Assembly (NCBI GenBank): GCA_016930535.1
Contig: JAFGGN010000062.1
Span: forward strand, 207 to 64,206
Length of the DNA stretch: 64,000 bases
Direction of reading: 5' to 3'
DNA from: a bacterium
Lineage (GTDB): Bacteria; Zhuqueibacterota; QNDG01; JAFGCO01
The notes under the pieces are model-generated. The model was not told the origin of the DNA and made no database searches. It saw nothing but the letters and a program-made list of their open reading frames with translations. Position numbers and translations under genes: made by a program. Below are positions 31,140-43,600 of this stretch, piece after piece. Numbering within the stretch: the first letter of the stretch is position 1; every line of letters starts with the position of its first letter.

Positions 31140-32159
31140 ATGATGAAGATTCAGGACGCTATACAGAAAACCATTGAAGGCGGTTCACTGACCCTTGAGG
31201 AAGCCCATTTCACGGCTACCGAAATCATGGAAGGACGGGCCACAGATGCACAAATCGCAGGGCTCCTGATGACACTCCGGCTGAAAGGGGAATCTATCGA
31301 TGAAATCACCGGTTTTGCACAAACCATGCGTGAAAAAGCCACGGCCATTCCATGTGCGTCGAAGCATGTCGTGGATACCTGCGGCACCGGCGGAGACGGC
31401 AGCGGCTCATTCAATATTTCGACCGTCAGCGCCATCGTGGCCGCAGGCGCCGGTTGTTCCGTGGCCAAGCATGGCAACCGCTCCGTTTCGAGCCGATGCG
31501 GCAGTGCGGATGTTCTGAAGGCACTGGGTGTCAAGCTGGAAATCACACCAGAGAAAGCGGCCGCGTGCATCGATCAGGCGGGCATCGGTTTTCTGTTCGC
31601 TCCGCTTCTGCACAGTGCCATGAAATATGCGATCGGTCCGCGACGTGAACTGGGTGTGAGAACCATTTTCAACATGCTGGGTCCACTGACCAATCCGGCC
31701 GATGCAAAAAGGCAGGTGATGGGCGTGTACAGTAAGGATCTGACCGAACCCATCGCGAATGTGCTGAAAAATCTGGGTTCGGAACATGTGCTTGTGGTAC
31801 ACGGGGAGGACGGGCTCGACGAAATTACACTCACAGGAAAAACGAAAGTCAGCGAATTGAAAGACGGCGCCGTCCATACCTATGATCTGGATCCGGAATC
31901 CCTGGGATTGAAAGCGGTTCAGTACGGGGACCTGAAGGGCGGCGATCCGGAAGCCAACGCGGATACGGCCATCCGTATTTTAAAGGGAGAAAAAGGCGCG
32001 AAAATGGATACGGTGGTCCTGAATGCCGGCGCCGTAATTTATACGGCCGGCATGGCCGAATCAATCGAAGCAGGCATGGCGCTCGCAGAACAGTCGATAC
32101 TCTCGGGAGCGGCCATGGAGAGGTTGGAGAAACTGAAGGAAATGACGAACGACGAGTAA
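31140..32159 (+). CDS. trpD: Anthranilate phosphoribosyltransferase
   Basis: DTCGTGGDG..FNIST, KHGNRSVSSRCGSADVL, RTIFNMLGPLTNP, GLDEI. Confidence 0.97.
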   Translation: MMKIQDAIQKTIEGGSLTLEEAHFTATEIMEGRATDAQIAGLLMTLRLKGESIDEITGFAQTMREKATAIPCASKHVVDTCGTGGDGSGSFNISTVSAIVAAGAGCSVAKHGNRSVSSRCGSADVLKALGVKLEITPEKAAACIDQAGIGFLFAPLLHSAMKYAIGPRRELGVRTIFNMLGPLTNPADAKRQVMGVYSKDLTEPIANVLKNLGSEHVLVVHGEDGLDEITLTGKTKVSELKDGAVHTYDLDPESLGLKAVQYGDLKGGDPEANADTAIRILKGEKGAKMDTVVLNAGAVIYTAGMAESIEAGMALAEQSILSGAAMERLEKLKEMTNDE

Positions 32160-32350
32160 ACGGGTCATTGGGTCAAACAGGTCGTTGAGTCTGTAGGGTC
32201 GTTGTGTCGGAGGGTGAAACGGAGAACCGGAGCAACGGGGAAAAATGAACAATCCGAGAATCTCTGCCCGATACTCTGTTTTATTCTCCGTTTCTCACTT
32301 TCTCCGACCCTCCGGTTCACGGTCCGACCCGGCGACATAATGACCCGATG
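32160..32350. repeat. Modular intergenic repeat, copy R7 (inside trp operon)
   Basis: GGGTC module, GGAGGGTGAAACGGAGAACCGGAG arm, inverted TTCTCCGTTTCTC..CCGGTTCAC arm, GACCCGAT. Confidence 0.85.
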
Positions 32351-32395
32351 CATTCACGACCGGCGACCTAGAGTATTATTTAGAAAAGGGATCCC

Positions 32396-33166
32396 ATGAA
32401 GGATATATTGACCGAAATTCTGGAGTACAAAAAACGGGAAGTCCTGGGGCGGAAGACGGCGGTTCCGCTTGCGGAACTGGAGCAAATGCCCTTTCCGGAA
32501 ATTCGGAATTTCAGACACGCGCTTCAGAAATCCGGATTGTCCGTCATTGCCGAGGTTAAGCACAAATCACCCTCGGCCGGCGTGATTCAGCCCGATTTCG
32601 ATCCGGTCCGTATCGCCATGGCCTATGAACAGGCCGGTGCGGATGCGGTTTCCGTTCTTACGGATGAAAAATACTTCGGTGGGCATCTCGATTACCTGAA
32701 ACGAATCCGTGAAGCGACCGGGCTCCCCCTGCTGTGCAAGGATTTTATTATCGATCCCTATCAGATTCTGGAGGCCAGGGTATCGGGCGCAGATGCCGTT
32801 CTATTGATTGTACGGGCCCTGTCCGGTGCGGATCTGCAGGATTTTATACAGATTGCGAGGGCACTGGATCTTTATTCCCTGGTCGAGGTGCATTCCATGG
32901 ACGAACTGGGCATCGCTCTCGATGCAGATCCTGAAATAATCGGTGTCAACAACCGGAATCTTGGTACGTTTGCCGTGGATATCGGGACATCACTCGCTCT
33001 GAAAACCCGGATTCCCGCCCATGTGACCGCTGTAAGCGAGAGCGGGATCCGTAAGGGATCGGATACGCAGCAGCTTCGCCTTGCCGGTTTCGATGCGGTG
33101 CTGGTCGGTGAGACACTGATGCGTGAAAAAAATCCTGCAGGCATGATGCATGAATTGAAAGGATAA
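32396..33166 (+). CDS. trpC: Indole-3-glycerol-phosphate synthase
   Basis: IAEVKHKSPSAG, SVLTDEKYFGG, KDFIIDPYQI, GVNNRNL, SESGI. Confidence 0.97.
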   Translation: MKDILTEILEYKKREVLGRKTAVPLAELEQMPFPEIRNFRHALQKSGLSVIAEVKHKSPSAGVIQPDFDPVRIAMAYEQAGADAVSVLTDEKYFGGHLDYLKRIREATGLPLLCKDFIIDPYQILEARVSGADAVLLIVRALSGADLQDFIQIARALDLYSLVEVHSMDELGIALDADPEIIGVNNRNLGTFAVDIGTSLALKTRIPAHVTAVSESGIRKGSDTQQLRLAGFDAVLVGETLMREKNPAGMMHELKG

Positions 33167-33169
33167 AGC

Positions 33170-33793
33170 GTGAATCTGAATTTTCGAAAGGTCCGGGGAA
33201 AGACCCGGGTAAAAATCTGCAGCATCACCAATCTGGAAGACGCCATGACGGCCGTGGACTGCCATGCGGATGCACTGGGATTCATTTTTGCCGAATCCAA
33301 ACGCCGGATCACCCCTGCCGGGGCCGCATTCATCATCGAGCGTATTCCAATTTTCGTCAAGACCGTGGGCGTGTTTATGAACAGCTCTCTGGACGAGGTC
33401 CGCTGCACGGCGGAAGAGGCCGGTGTGGATGTGGTGCAGCTTCACGGGGAGGAACCCCCGGATTTCTGCAGCGCGGTCGGCCGGCCCGTAATCAAACGGA
33501 TTCATGTCCGGGACGAGTCCACGGTTGCTTCCATTCATGCGGAAATGGACCGGTATCAGAATGTGCACTTTCTTCTCGATCCGGGTGCCGGCGACGGCCG
33601 TACATTCCCGTGGAATCAGCTCCAGGGAATCGGCCGCCCGTTTATACTGGCCGGGGGCCTGACACCGGACAATGTCTGGGAGGCCATTCAGTTACTTCAG
33701 CCCTATGCGGTCGATGTCAGTTCAGGTGTTGAGGTCCGGCCCGGCAAAAAGGATCCGGACAAAATCAGACATTTTATTCAGGAGGCCAAATGA
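33170..33793 (+). CDS. trpF: Phosphoribosylanthranilate isomerase
   Basis: [32 protein letters not shown]. Confidence 0.95.
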   Translation: MNLNFRKVRGKTRVKICSITNLEDAMTAVDCHADALGFIFAESKRRITPAGAAFIIERIPIFVKTVGVFMNSSLDEVRCTAEEAGVDVVQLHGEEPPDFCSAVGRPVIKRIHVRDESTVASIHAEMDRYQNVHFLLDPGAGDGRTFPWNQLQGIGRPFILAGGLTPDNVWEAIQLLQPYAVDVSSGVEVRPGKKDPDKIRHFIQEAK

Positions 33794-34971
33794 CACATTT
33801 GCCCGATGCATCGGGGCATTGGGACCGTTTCGGCGGCCGGTATGTGCCGGAAACCGTGATGGCGGCCCTATATGAACTGGAAGCGGAATATGAAAGAGCC
33901 AGGTCCGATGAAATATTCGAAAATGAATTCATCCATATTATGAATCAGTACGTCGGCCGGGAAACGCCGTTGTATTTTGCGGAGAGGCTGACAAAAAAGA
34001 TCGGCGGCGCAAAAATCTATCTGAAACGGGAAGATCTCGCGCATACCGGAGCGCATAAAATCAACAATACGATCGGTCAGATCCTTCTGGCCAGACGCAT
34101 GGGAAAACCGCGTATCATTGCCGAGACCGGAGCAGGGCAGCATGGCGTAGCCACGGCCACGGCCTGCGCGCTCATGGGACTCGAATGTCAGGTGTATATG
34201 GGCGCGGTGGATGTGAAACGGCAGCGCATGAACGTTTTCCGTATGGAACTTCTGGGCACACGCGTCGTGCCCGTGGAATCCGGATCGAAAACACTGAAGG
34301 ATGCGATCAATGAGGCGATGCGCGACTGGGTGACCAATATTGAAAATACGTTTTACTGCATCGGTTCCGTGGTCGGCCCGCATCCCTATCCCATGATGGT
34401 CAGGGATTTTCAAACCATTATCGGCCGCGAGGCCAGACAGCAGATGCATGAACTGGAAAACAGGCTGCCGGACCTGCTCGTGGCCTGCGTGGGCGGCGGC
34501 AGCAACGCCATGGGTCTGTTTTATCCGTTCCTGCAGGATGCAGACGTGAAAATCGTCGGTGTGGAAGCCGCCGGACACGGTGTCCATACGGGAAAACACA
34601 GCGCCACGCTCTGTATGGGATCCGTGGGATCGCTGCACGGCGCCATGAGTTATATGCTGCAGGATGAGAACGGCCAGGTGCTCGAGGCCCATTCCGTGTC
34701 TGCGGGTCTGGACTATCCGGGTGTGGGGCCGGAGCACAGTTACCTGAAGGATAACGGACGGGTCAGCTATGTGTCAGCCACGGACGAAGAGGCTCTGGGT
34801 GCATTCCGGCTTCTCTGTGAAACCGAGGGCATCATTCCCGCGCTGGAGAGCGCTCATGCAGTGGCGCATGCGGTCAAGGCAGCGGCCGATATGCCCGCAG
34901 ATCAGATCGTACTCGTGAATCTTTCGGGCCGTGGTGATAAGGATCTTGAAATCGTGGAGGGACTGGTATGA
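33790..34971 (+). CDS. trpB: Tryptophan synthase beta chain
   Basis: [54 protein letters not shown]. Confidence 0.98.
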   Translation: MTHLPDASGHWDRFGGRYVPETVMAALYELEAEYERARSDEIFENEFIHIMNQYVGRETPLYFAERLTKKIGGAKIYLKREDLAHTGAHKINNTIGQILLARRMGKPRIIAETGAGQHGVATATACALMGLECQVYMGAVDVKRQRMNVFRMELLGTRVVPVESGSKTLKDAINEAMRDWVTNIENTFYCIGSVVGPHPYPMMVRDFQTIIGREARQQMHELENRLPDLLVACVGGGSNAMGLFYPFLQDADVKIVGVEAAGHGVHTGKHSATLCMGSVGSLHGAMSYMLQDENGQVLEAHSVSAGLDYPGVGPEHSYLKDNGRVSYVSATDEEALGAFRLLCETEGIIPALESAHAVAHAVKAAADMPADQIVLVNLSGRGDKDLEIVEGLV

Positions 34972-35750
34972 GCATACGCGAGACATTCGACCGGTTGAAA
35001 TCCGGCAATGAGATGGCCCTGATCGCCTATCTGACCGGGGGGTTCCCTTCGCTCGAGGCGTCGATGGAGCTAATACGTACCCTTTCTGCGAATGGAGCGG
35101 ATATTATCGAAATCGGCATACCGTTTTCCGATCCTATTGCCGACGGGCCCACGATACAGGCCTCTTCGCAGGCGGCACTTGAAAAGGGTGTATCCCTGCC
35201 GCAGATTCTCGAAGCCGTTTCCCGTATTCAAACCGATACTCCGCTGGTGGCCATGAGTTATCTGAATCCGCTGCTGGCCTATGGAAGGGAGCGGCTTCTC
35301 CAGGACATGAAAGCCGCGGGATTTTCGGGTCTGATCGTTCCGGATCTGCCCCTGGAAGAGGCGGAAAAAGGCAGGGGGACCGAATCCGGATGGAAAACCG
35401 AAGCCATAAAGCATGGCATCGACCTGATTTTCCTGGTCACACCCACCACATCCGAGGACCGGCTCAGACGCCTCGTGGATGCGACCGAGGGATTCGTATA
35501 TTGCGTGAGTCTGACGGGCATCACGGGAGAACGGTCCGATCTGCCGCCCCATCTTTCAGAATTTTTGGGAAAAGTGAAATCCCTTACGGACAAACCTGCG
35601 GCTGTCGGATTCGGCATTTCCACTCCTGCACATGTGCGTCAGTTGAAAACCATGGCGGATGCCGTAATCGTGGGCAGCCGAATCGTCAAGGCCGTATCCG
35701 AAGGCGAGGATCTGGGAAGCCTGATTCGGGCATTGAAAGCGGAATGCTGA
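34968..35750 (+). CDS. trpA: Tryptophan synthase alpha chain
   Basis: [37 protein letters not shown]. Confidence 0.97.
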   Translation: MSIRETFDRLKSGNEMALIAYLTGGFPSLEASMELIRTLSANGADIIEIGIPFSDPIADGPTIQASSQAALEKGVSLPQILEAVSRIQTDTPLVAMSYLNPLLAYGRERLLQDMKAAGFSGLIVPDLPLEEAEKGRGTESGWKTEAIKHGIDLIFLVTPTTSEDRLRRLVDATEGFVYCVSLTGITGERSDLPPHLSEFLGKVKSLTDKPAAVGFGISTPAHVRQLKTMADAVIVGSRIVKAVSEGEDLGSLIRALKAEC

Positions 35751-35797
35751 ACAGGCGGAGCAGAAAATGCAACTTCATGATCAATTCGAGGACGACA

Positions 35798-37204
35798 ATG
35801 AATCCTGTTCCAAAGATTAAACTGGATTACATACACAGGCGGATCCGGTACGACGGATGTCCGCTGACCATTTATGAGAAGCTGTACCGGTCCGAACCCT
35901 ACGGTTTCATTTACGAATCTCTGGAAAGCCTGGAAAAGCGGGGACGTTATTCCGTGATCGGTTCCAGACCCTACATGCGGTTCGAAAGCCGGGGCAGCCA
36001 TATCACCATCAACTATGCGGCTGCTGTTTTTGAAATGGAAGGGGATCCGTTCCAGGTGCTGCGGCAGCTGGTTCCCAAGGATCATCCGCATCCGGACGTG
36101 CTCCCGCTGGCCGGCGGCGCCGTAGGTTATATGGCCTACGACAGCATCCGGTATGTGGAAAATATTCCCGACGGCAATCCCGATGAGATGAACGTGCCGG
36201 ATATGATTTTCATGTTTCCGTCCGAGCTGATCATATTCGATCATCAGGAATGGATGGCGGATATCATTATTTACGGACAGGAACCGTCTGAAAAGAGGCT
36301 GACCGAACTCGTGCAGGAAGTGGCCACGAGTCTCGAAAAACCCGAAGTGCGTTATGATAAGAAACCGCCTCAGGAGGTGAAATTTACCAGCAATTTCACG
36401 AAGGACGGATTCTGCCGCATTGTGGAGCGGGCCAAGGAATACATACTGGCCGGGGATATTTTTCAGGTGGTTCTGTCACAGCGGTTCACATTCCCGCTGC
36501 ATACGGATCCACTCAATGCCTATCGCGCGGTGCGTTTTACAAATCCGTCACCCTATATGTATTATATGCATTTGAAGGATTTCTACGTGCTCGGATCCTC
36601 ACCGGAAATCATGGTCAAGCTGAGCGGCGAGGAGGTGAATATCAAACCCCTTGCCGGCACGCGCAGGCGGGGAAATGACGAGGCCGAGGACAGTGCGTTT
36701 GCCGGGGAACTGCTGCATGATGAAAAGGAACGGGCGGAACACGTGATGCTGCTCGATCTGGCCAGGAACGATATCGGGCGTGTCTGCGAGTACGGCTCCA
36801 TCCGCTGGCCCAATACTTTTTATATAGAATACTATTCCAAGGTCATGCATCTCGTTTCGGATGTGTACGGAAAGCTCGCGGAAGGCAGGGATGCCTTCGA
36901 TCTCGTGGCCGCATCGTTCCCGGCGGGAACCGTATCCGGATCTCCTAAAGTCCGCTCAATGGAGATCATCGACGAGCTGGAAAATGTGCGCCGCGGCGTC
37001 TATGCCGGATCGATCGGTTATTTCGGATTCAACGGGGACATGGATATGTGTATTGCGATCCGGAACCTGATTCTGAAGAACGATAAGGGCATTCTTCAGG
37101 CGGGTGCAGGCATTGTGGCCGACTCCGTGCCGGAGATGGAGTACAAGGAAACCCTGAACAAGGCACGGGCGCTGATTCAGGCTGTCGAGATGATGGGAGG
37201 CTGA
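35798..37204 (+). CDS. trpE: Anthranilate synthase component I (start reassigned from 35390)
   Basis: [62 protein letters not shown]. Confidence 0.95.
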   Translation: MNPVPKIKLDYIHRRIRYDGCPLTIYEKLYRSEPYGFIYESLESLEKRGRYSVIGSRPYMRFESRGSHITINYAAAVFEMEGDPFQVLRQLVPKDHPHPDVLPLAGGAVGYMAYDSIRYVENIPDGNPDEMNVPDMIFMFPSELIIFDHQEWMADIIIYGQEPSEKRLTELVQEVATSLEKPEVRYDKKPPQEVKFTSNFTKDGFCRIVERAKEYILAGDIFQVVLSQRFTFPLHTDPLNAYRAVRFTNPSPYMYYMHLKDFYVLGSSPEIMVKLSGEEVNIKPLAGTRRRGNDEAEDSAFAGELLHDEKERAEHVMLLDLARNDIGRVCEYGSIRWPNTFYIEYYSKVMHLVSDVYGKLAEGRDAFDLVAASFPAGTVSGSPKVRSMEIIDELENVRRGVYAGSIGYFGFNGDMDMCIAIRNLILKNDKGILQAGAGIVADSVPEMEYKETLNKARALIQAVEMMGG

Positions 37205-37205
37205 C

Positions 37206-37784
37206 ATGATTTTCGTTCTGGATAATTATGATTCGTTTGTTTATAACCTGGTGCAGTATCTGGGTGTCCTGGGTCAGGAACTGAAGGTTTTCAGAAACGA
37301 TGCGATCACGGTCGAGGCGGTCGGGGAAATGCATCCTTCGGTCATTCTCATTTCACCGGGACCCTGTACGCCGAACGAGGCGGGCATTTCGAAGGATCTG
37401 ATCTCGGCTTATGCGGACAGCATACCCATTCTGGGTGTCTGTCTGGGCCATCAGTGCATCGGCGAGGTGTTCGGTGGTAAAGTCATCCGGGCCGGTCAGG
37501 TCGTGCACGGCAAGGTCAGCGAAATTCATCATGACGGCAAAACCATATTTGAAGGCATTGGAAATCCGTTTACCGCGACCCGGTATCATTCGCTCATTGT
37601 CGAGCGCAGGTCGCTGCCGGATTGTCTCGAGATCTCCGCGGAAACGAAGACCGGTGAAATCATGGCGCTCCGGCACAAAATCCATCCGGTCGAGGGCGTT
37701 CAGTTCCATCCCGAATCCGTGCTCACCGAACCGGGAATGAATATATTGAAGAATTTTCTGAAGCGGGCCAAGGTGAAGATTTAA
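37206..37784 (+). CDS. trpG: Anthranilate synthase component II (glutamine amidotransferase)
   Basis: [35 protein letters not shown]. Confidence 0.95.
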   Translation: MIFVLDNYDSFVYNLVQYLGVLGQELKVFRNDAITVEAVGEMHPSVILISPGPCTPNEAGISKDLISAYADSIPILGVCLGHQCIGEVFGGKVIRAGQVVHGKVSEIHHDGKTIFEGIGNPFTATRYHSLIVERRSLPDCLEISAETKTGEIMALRHKIHPVEGVQFHPESVLTEPGMNILKNFLKRAKVKI

Positions 37785-38085
37785 GATTAAAGAACGAAGA
37801 ACAAAGAACAAAGACAAAAGAACATCGTTGTGTCGGAACGTGAAACGGAGGGCCGGAGCGGTGGAGAAACGGAGAAAAAGATATAGAAAACCGCAGAGGC
37901 GCAGAGATTATTAGGCCAGTTGTGTCGGAACGTGAAACGGAGGGTCGGAGCGGTGGAGAAACGGGGAATAAAAAAACGGAACGGATTTGCAGACAGAACT
38001 TCTTTTTCTCCGTTTCACCGGATCTCTGTCTCTCCGAGGCATTCACGGTCTGCGGTCCGCCGTTCGCGGTCCGCGGTCTGTGATT
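37776..38085. repeat. Modular intergenic repeat, copy R8
   Basis: Heptamers from 37776; two GTCGGAACGTGAAACGGAGGG cores (~37832, ~37924); same GGATTTGCAGACAGAACTTCTTTTTCTCCGTTTCAC unit as R2/R3/R5; GCGGTCC module. Confidence 0.9.
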
Positions 38086-38126
38086 GGCATATCCATCACG
38101 CCGTTTCATTTTAAGGAACAATACAT

Positions 38127-38624
38127 ATGCCTGACGATCAAAAACCATTTTCCGGGTATCGGATCGTGACTGCGGATCCCGGTGACGCGGAGGAAATCCT
38201 GCAGCTGCAGAAGCTGGCCTATTGGTCCGAAGCGGCCATTATCGATGACTATACAATCGAACCTCTGGTGCAGACGCTCGGGGAAAAGCAAACAGAATTT
38301 GGAGATCAGGTGTTTCTGAAGGCCTTGTATAACGGACGGATCATCGGTTCGGTGAAAGCCTATGAGGAGGAAGGCACCTGTTATATCGGCAAGGTCATTG
38401 TCTGTCCGGATCTGCAGAACCGGGGCATCGGGAAATGCCTGATGAAGCAGATTGAGCAACGGTTCAGAACGGTCAGCAGATACGAGCTGTTTACGGGCGC
38501 TCTGAGCAAAAGGAATATCGCTTTCTACGAAAAATGCGGATACCGGATTTTTGATGAACGTAAAATCTCGGAAAAGCTGAGCCTGGTTTTTATGGAAAAA
38601 CCGAAACGACGGGTGGAAGGGTAG
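38127..38624 (+). CDS. GNAT-family N-acetyltransferase
   Basis: IIGSVKA, VIVCPDLQNRGIG, FYEKCGY. Confidence 0.88.
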   Translation: MPDDQKPFSGYRIVTADPGDAEEILQLQKLAYWSEAAIIDDYTIEPLVQTLGEKQTEFGDQVFLKALYNGRIIGSVKAYEEEGTCYIGKVIVCPDLQNRGIGKCLMKQIEQRFRTVSRYELFTGALSKRNIAFYEKCGYRIFDERKISEKLSLVFMEKPKRRVEG

Positions 38625-38679
38625 ATGAGTATATGGGTCCCGGCTGCCCATCCCCAAAATATAGCAACGTTTGAGCTTT

Positions 38680-38930
38680 GATGTGAGAAACGGAGAATTG
38701 GTGAAACGGAGGAAAAAACAAACTTCTTCTCCTTGTCTCCGTCTCCCCGTTTCTCTTCTCTCCGTTTCACGCTCCGACACGATGACCCGATTATCTTTGG
38801 TCTTTGGTCTTTGTTCTTTAATCTTGTCTCTTTAATCTTTTCCTCCGTCTCTCCGTTTCTCACCTCTCCGGTTCACACTCCGACCCAGAGACCCGATGAC
38901 CAATGACCCTGCGACTCAACCGACCCGAAT
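38680..38930. repeat. Modular intergenic repeat, copy R9
   Basis: GAGAAACGGAG..GTGAAACGGAG arm, CTCCGTTTCACGCTCC arm, minus-strand heptamers 38792-38841, GACCCGAT module to 38930. Confidence 0.85.
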
Positions 38931-39035
38931 GCTTTTTCCCGTTGACAAATTCGATTCCTTCCCTTAAGTTTATATCAACTGCACCAGGACATCACTTTCA
39001 AATCGCCCGCGTTTGTGTACACATGGAGGACATTT

Positions 39036-39677
39036 ATGTCGAATCCGGACAAATTGCGAATTCTGGTGGTCGAGGATGAGCCCCTGGTCCGTGAGAGCAT
39101 CGTGGCTTTTCTCGAAACCCTGGGCTATATTGTCTCCGGCATCGCGGAGAACGGGGAAGAGGCCATTGAGAAAACAAAAGCGTTGCTGCCGAATCTGGTT
39201 TTCATGGATATTAAAATGCCCGGCATAGACGGTATCGAAGCCGCAAAACGGATACAGGAATTTTCAGAAATACCGGTGGTGCTTCTGACCGCCTACGAAT
39301 CGGAAGAACTGGTGCGCCAGGCTTCGGAGGCCGGTGTCAGCTCCTATCTGATGAAGCCGCCGACAACGGCTGAGATCCACCGGGCCGTAACCATTGCCAT
39401 GGCGCGTCACCGCGATTTTATGAAAATGAAAATGCTGAATCTTGAACTCGGGGCACGCACTGCTGAACTGGAAAAGGCTTTGGAAGAAATTCAGACACTT
39501 CGGGGGATTTTACCCATATGCGCAGGGTGCAAAAACATCAGAAATGATGAAGGATTCTGGGAGAAAGTGGAGGACTACCTGGAAAGGAACTCCAGTGTTT
39601 CATTTACGCACGGCCTGTGTCCCGATTGTCAGACAAAGCTTTACGGCGACTTTTTAAAGGACAACACCGATTCGTAA
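39036..39677 (+). CDS. Response regulator with C-terminal Cys-motif (ICxxC...HGLCPDC) domain
   Basis: LVVEDE, FMDIKMP, LLTAY, YLMKP receiver; GILPICAGCKNIR..FTHGLCPDC tail. Confidence 0.85.
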   Translation: MSNPDKLRILVVEDEPLVRESIVAFLETLGYIVSGIAENGEEAIEKTKALLPNLVFMDIKMPGIDGIEAAKRIQEFSEIPVVLLTAYESEELVRQASEAGVSSYLMKPPTTAEIHRAVTIAMARHRDFMKMKMLNLELGARTAELEKALEEIQTLRGILPICAGCKNIRNDEGFWEKVEDYLERNSSVSFTHGLCPDCQTKLYGDFLKDNTDS

Positions 39678-39693
39678 CGGATATTCAAAAACC

Positions 39694-40614
39694 ATGAAAT
39701 TGCTGCATATTCTTCTGTTCGGCGGTGCGCTGTTGCTTGATGCCCAGCCGGTGCTTCGTTTTACTTATATCGCCACATGGGGAGAACAGGGCAGCGGTCC
39801 CGGGCAATTTAAATTTCCCGGCGGATTCGATGCCGGGCCCGCGGGTAATTTATACATTGCGGATACGGGGAATCAGCGTATCGAAAAATTCGACTCCAGG
39901 GGACGGTTTGTGACAGAAATCGGCGGATTCGGATGGGGAGCCGAGCAATTCGACGGACCGGTCGCCGTGGACGCGGGTAACGGTCTGGATGTATTCGTGG
40001 CGGATTACAATAATGACCGCATTCAGCGTTATGACAAGGATCTTCATTATCTGGCCTCTTTCAGAGCAGCCGAACACTGGCCCGAACATCTGATGTTCGG
40101 TTTTCCACTGGATGTTGCGCTGTCCGACCAGGGGGAGCTGTTCTGTCTGGACGGTGAGAATTTCCGCATTCTGAAAATGGATGTGCTGGGCAGCCCGCAG
40201 CGCAGTTTCGGGGATTTCGATTCCGGTGCCGGCCGCCTTGAGGATCCCCGGAGTCTGTTCATCGGCCTCGGACACCGGGTATGGATTTCGGATGCCGGAT
40301 CACACGAGCTGGTTGTATTCGATGTGCATGGCAATTTTCTTTTCCGTATAGGACGCAGCCTGTTTCAATCGCCGCGCGGCATGGCCGAAATACCGGGTGG
40401 TATCCTGATTTCTGCCGATGCCGAACTCGGCGTGCTGGCACTTTCCGCAGAAGGACGCCTGCTGACCCGGCTAACGGGCAGTGCGGAGGGCGGATTTGCT
40501 TTCAGGGAAGCCGTTGACGTGGCGGTCTGGGAGCGGTTTCTCTATGTGCTCGACAGACAGAGACACGTGATCGATGTGTTCAAATGGGAAAGACTTGCCG
40601 AAGGTGGTTTTTGA
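39694..40614 (+). CDS. NHL-repeat beta-propeller protein
   Basis: Repeated GQFKFPGG..LYIADTGNQRI / FDGPVAV..VFVADYNNDRI units; signal peptide. Confidence 0.85.
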   Translation: MKLLHILLFGGALLLDAQPVLRFTYIATWGEQGSGPGQFKFPGGFDAGPAGNLYIADTGNQRIEKFDSRGRFVTEIGGFGWGAEQFDGPVAVDAGNGLDVFVADYNNDRIQRYDKDLHYLASFRAAEHWPEHLMFGFPLDVALSDQGELFCLDGENFRILKMDVLGSPQRSFGDFDSGAGRLEDPRSLFIGLGHRVWISDAGSHELVVFDVHGNFLFRIGRSLFQSPRGMAEIPGGILISADAELGVLALSAEGRLLTRLTGSAEGGFAFREAVDVAVWERFLYVLDRQRHVIDVFKWERLAEGGF

Positions 40615-43600
40615 AGCGGCCTGGTGACATCCGGACAGGTATTCTGCTGTTATTTACGGTGATGCTTCATGCTCAGAACGGAATGTTCGATCCGGCTTTT
40701 CACAGCATGCATGTGACAGCCTATGAAGACACGATCCGGCTGCCGCACCGGTTCATTCTGCCCAATTCACTCCGGATCTCCATCGGGGAACTGCCGGTCG
40801 AACCCTCGTCGTACAGGCTGGACTCACTGGCCGGCACCCTGGTTTTCCAGGTGTCCCCCGATTCAGGCAGCACGCTTTTTATCCGATACAGGCATCTGCC
40901 TTTTCTCATACCGCCATCCTTGCGGCATTTTACCATGACGGACATAGCCCGGCTCGATTCGCTCAACGTGGCCAATGCACAGCAGCGTTTTCAGGGGCGA
41001 AGCACTTCCGTATCCCGTGAGACGGAATTCAACGATCTTGCGCTGAAAAGAAGCGGAAGCATTTTCAGGGGAATTACCGTGGGTACGGATCAGGGCATGC
41101 GGCTCCAGTCCGGACTGAGGCTGCAGATTTCAGGTCAGGTAGTGCCCGGCGTGGATGTGACAGCCTCGCTGACCGACCAGAACACACCTATACAGCCGGA
41201 AGGCAATACACAGACATTGCAGGAAATCGACAAGGTGTTCATCAATATCACCGCCCGTTCCTTCAGGGCCACCCTGGGCGATTTCAATTTTGACACCGGG
41301 CCTTCCGGTTTCGGGAGTTATTCACGCAAACTGCAGGGCATTATGGGGCGTGCGGAAAATCCGGCGGGCAGCCTGACACTGATCGGCGCCGCATCCAGGG
41401 GACAGTTTACCACGAACCATTTTCAGGGGGCCGAGGGCAATCAGGGCCCCTATCAGCTCACGGGTATTCAGGGCCAGAAAGACATCATCGTACTGGCCGG
41501 TACGGAACGCGTTTGGATCGACGGCGAATCCATGGTGCGGGGAGAAGACAACGATTACGTGATCGAATACGGGACCGGGCAGATCGTCTTTACACGCAAC
41601 CGCCTGATTACGGGAGATTCGCGGATCGCGGTGGATTTTGAATACTCCGATCTGAAGTTTCAGAAATCCATCTACGGGGCCGTGGGTGAGCTTCGCCTGT
41701 GGGACGAGCGGTTCCGGTTCAGAACATCGTTTCTCCGCGAATCGGACGACAAGGAGAATCCCCTGGACATCACGTTGACGGATACTTACAGGGAGAGGCT
41801 GGCCAATGCCGGCGACAATGCGGATTCCGCATCCACATCCGGAGCGGAAGTGGTGGGTACGGGCAAGGGGAGTTATGTCAGGGCCGAAAGCGGCGGCGAG
41901 GTTTATTACCGCTATGTGGGAAGCAATGAGGGCGATACGGCCGTCCGGTTCACGTATGTGGGAGAGGGGCAGGGTGATTACAGTTTTCAGGGATACGGTT
42001 TTTACCGGTACGAGGGCAAAGGCGGGGGAAGTTATATCTCGGCGCTGCAGCTGCCCATGGCACGCGCCCATCAGGTCATGAACCTGATTTCTGAAATCTC
42101 GCTGGTCGAGGGTGTCACGCTTTCCGGGGAATTCGGTGTGAGCGATCTGGACATGAATCTGTATTCCGCAAAGGATGACGGCGACAATACGGACCGGGCC
42201 CTTGAAACGGAACTGCGGGTCAGGCGGCGTCCCGTGCAGCTGTTCAGCCGGAACCTGGGTGTTTTCGACATGACGGGCCGGATACGGCACGTGGGGGACC
42301 GGTTCAGGCCGGTCGGCCGTATGACCGAAGTCGAGTACGGCCGCAAATGGGGCACGGAGGAAGGTGTGTTCTGGGGCGAGGACCTGTGGGAAATGGAAGG
42401 GACCTATTCACCGTACAGGAACTGGAACCTGGGATGTGAATTCGGAGATTTCAAACGGGGTCCGTTTCGTTCTTCGAGGAAGATGGTGTACACCGAAACG
42501 AATCCTGAAAAATGGGCAAAAATCAGGATCCGGTCGGAGTGGATCGATTCCGAAAATACGGGGCAGGGATCGGGTGCATGGACGCGCAACAAGGGAAGCA
42601 TCGAGCAGCCGTTGGGCATGTTTACGCTTTATGCCGGTTATGAAGGGGAAAACCGGCGCAATCAGAATCCGGATTCAACCTGGACGGGATTCCGGTTCGA
42701 CGAAATCACGGGACGCTTCGAAGTGCACAGAGCCTGGATGACCGCGTCCCTGGATGAAATCTTACGGAACCAGAAAAAGATTCAGCCGGGCACGCGGACG
42801 CGTGTGCTGGAGAAGGAATCGGAGGCGCGCACGCACAAGGCGCAGTGCACGCTTTCACCGGGAACCGGTTTCAGCACCACGCTGATGTACACCCGGCGCG
42901 ACAGGGATTATGAGGATCCGGCTTCCGAGGATCAGCGCGTGGATCTGGCGGGCATGAAAATGCGGTTCGGACCGGGGAAAAAGTGGATGGACGCGCAGCT
43001 GAACTATCAGTTCTCGTCCACGCAGGTGTCCGAACTGGTACGGGACACGATTCAGGTTCAGACCGGACTGGGAAATTACCGTCTTGATGCATTGCTCGGC
43101 GAGCTGGTGCCGGATCCGGACGGCGATTTGCTGCTGCGCATGATTCAGACCGGGCGCTTCACGCCAGTGAACGATCTGAAGGCGGGTGCGGAACTTGGTT
43201 TTGACGGTTCACGGCTGTGGAGGCGGCCCGCAGCATGGCAGGCCCCCATGGCCATGCTGCGCGGACGCACACTGATTCATGTGGAGCGAAGAGACAGCGA
43301 ACGCGATTTTCTGAACGTGAACCGGAAATCCCTGTCCCCGCAATGGGGCCGGGACAGCACCCTGGTACAGGCCATGATTTCTTTTCAGCAGGATGTGGAA
43401 ATTCAGCCCGAAGCAGGCCGGTATTCCGTCCGGTTCCGTCTCAAGCGGAACGATTCCGAAAACAATCAGCTCCTGAATGAAAATCTGGTGCGCATGGTGC
43501 GTGAAAAAGGGGTGCGGATCAAGGGACAGCCGGTACAGGCCCTGGGCATTCAGACCGAGTACACTTATCTGACGGACCATAAAACCTATGCGACGCGGAG

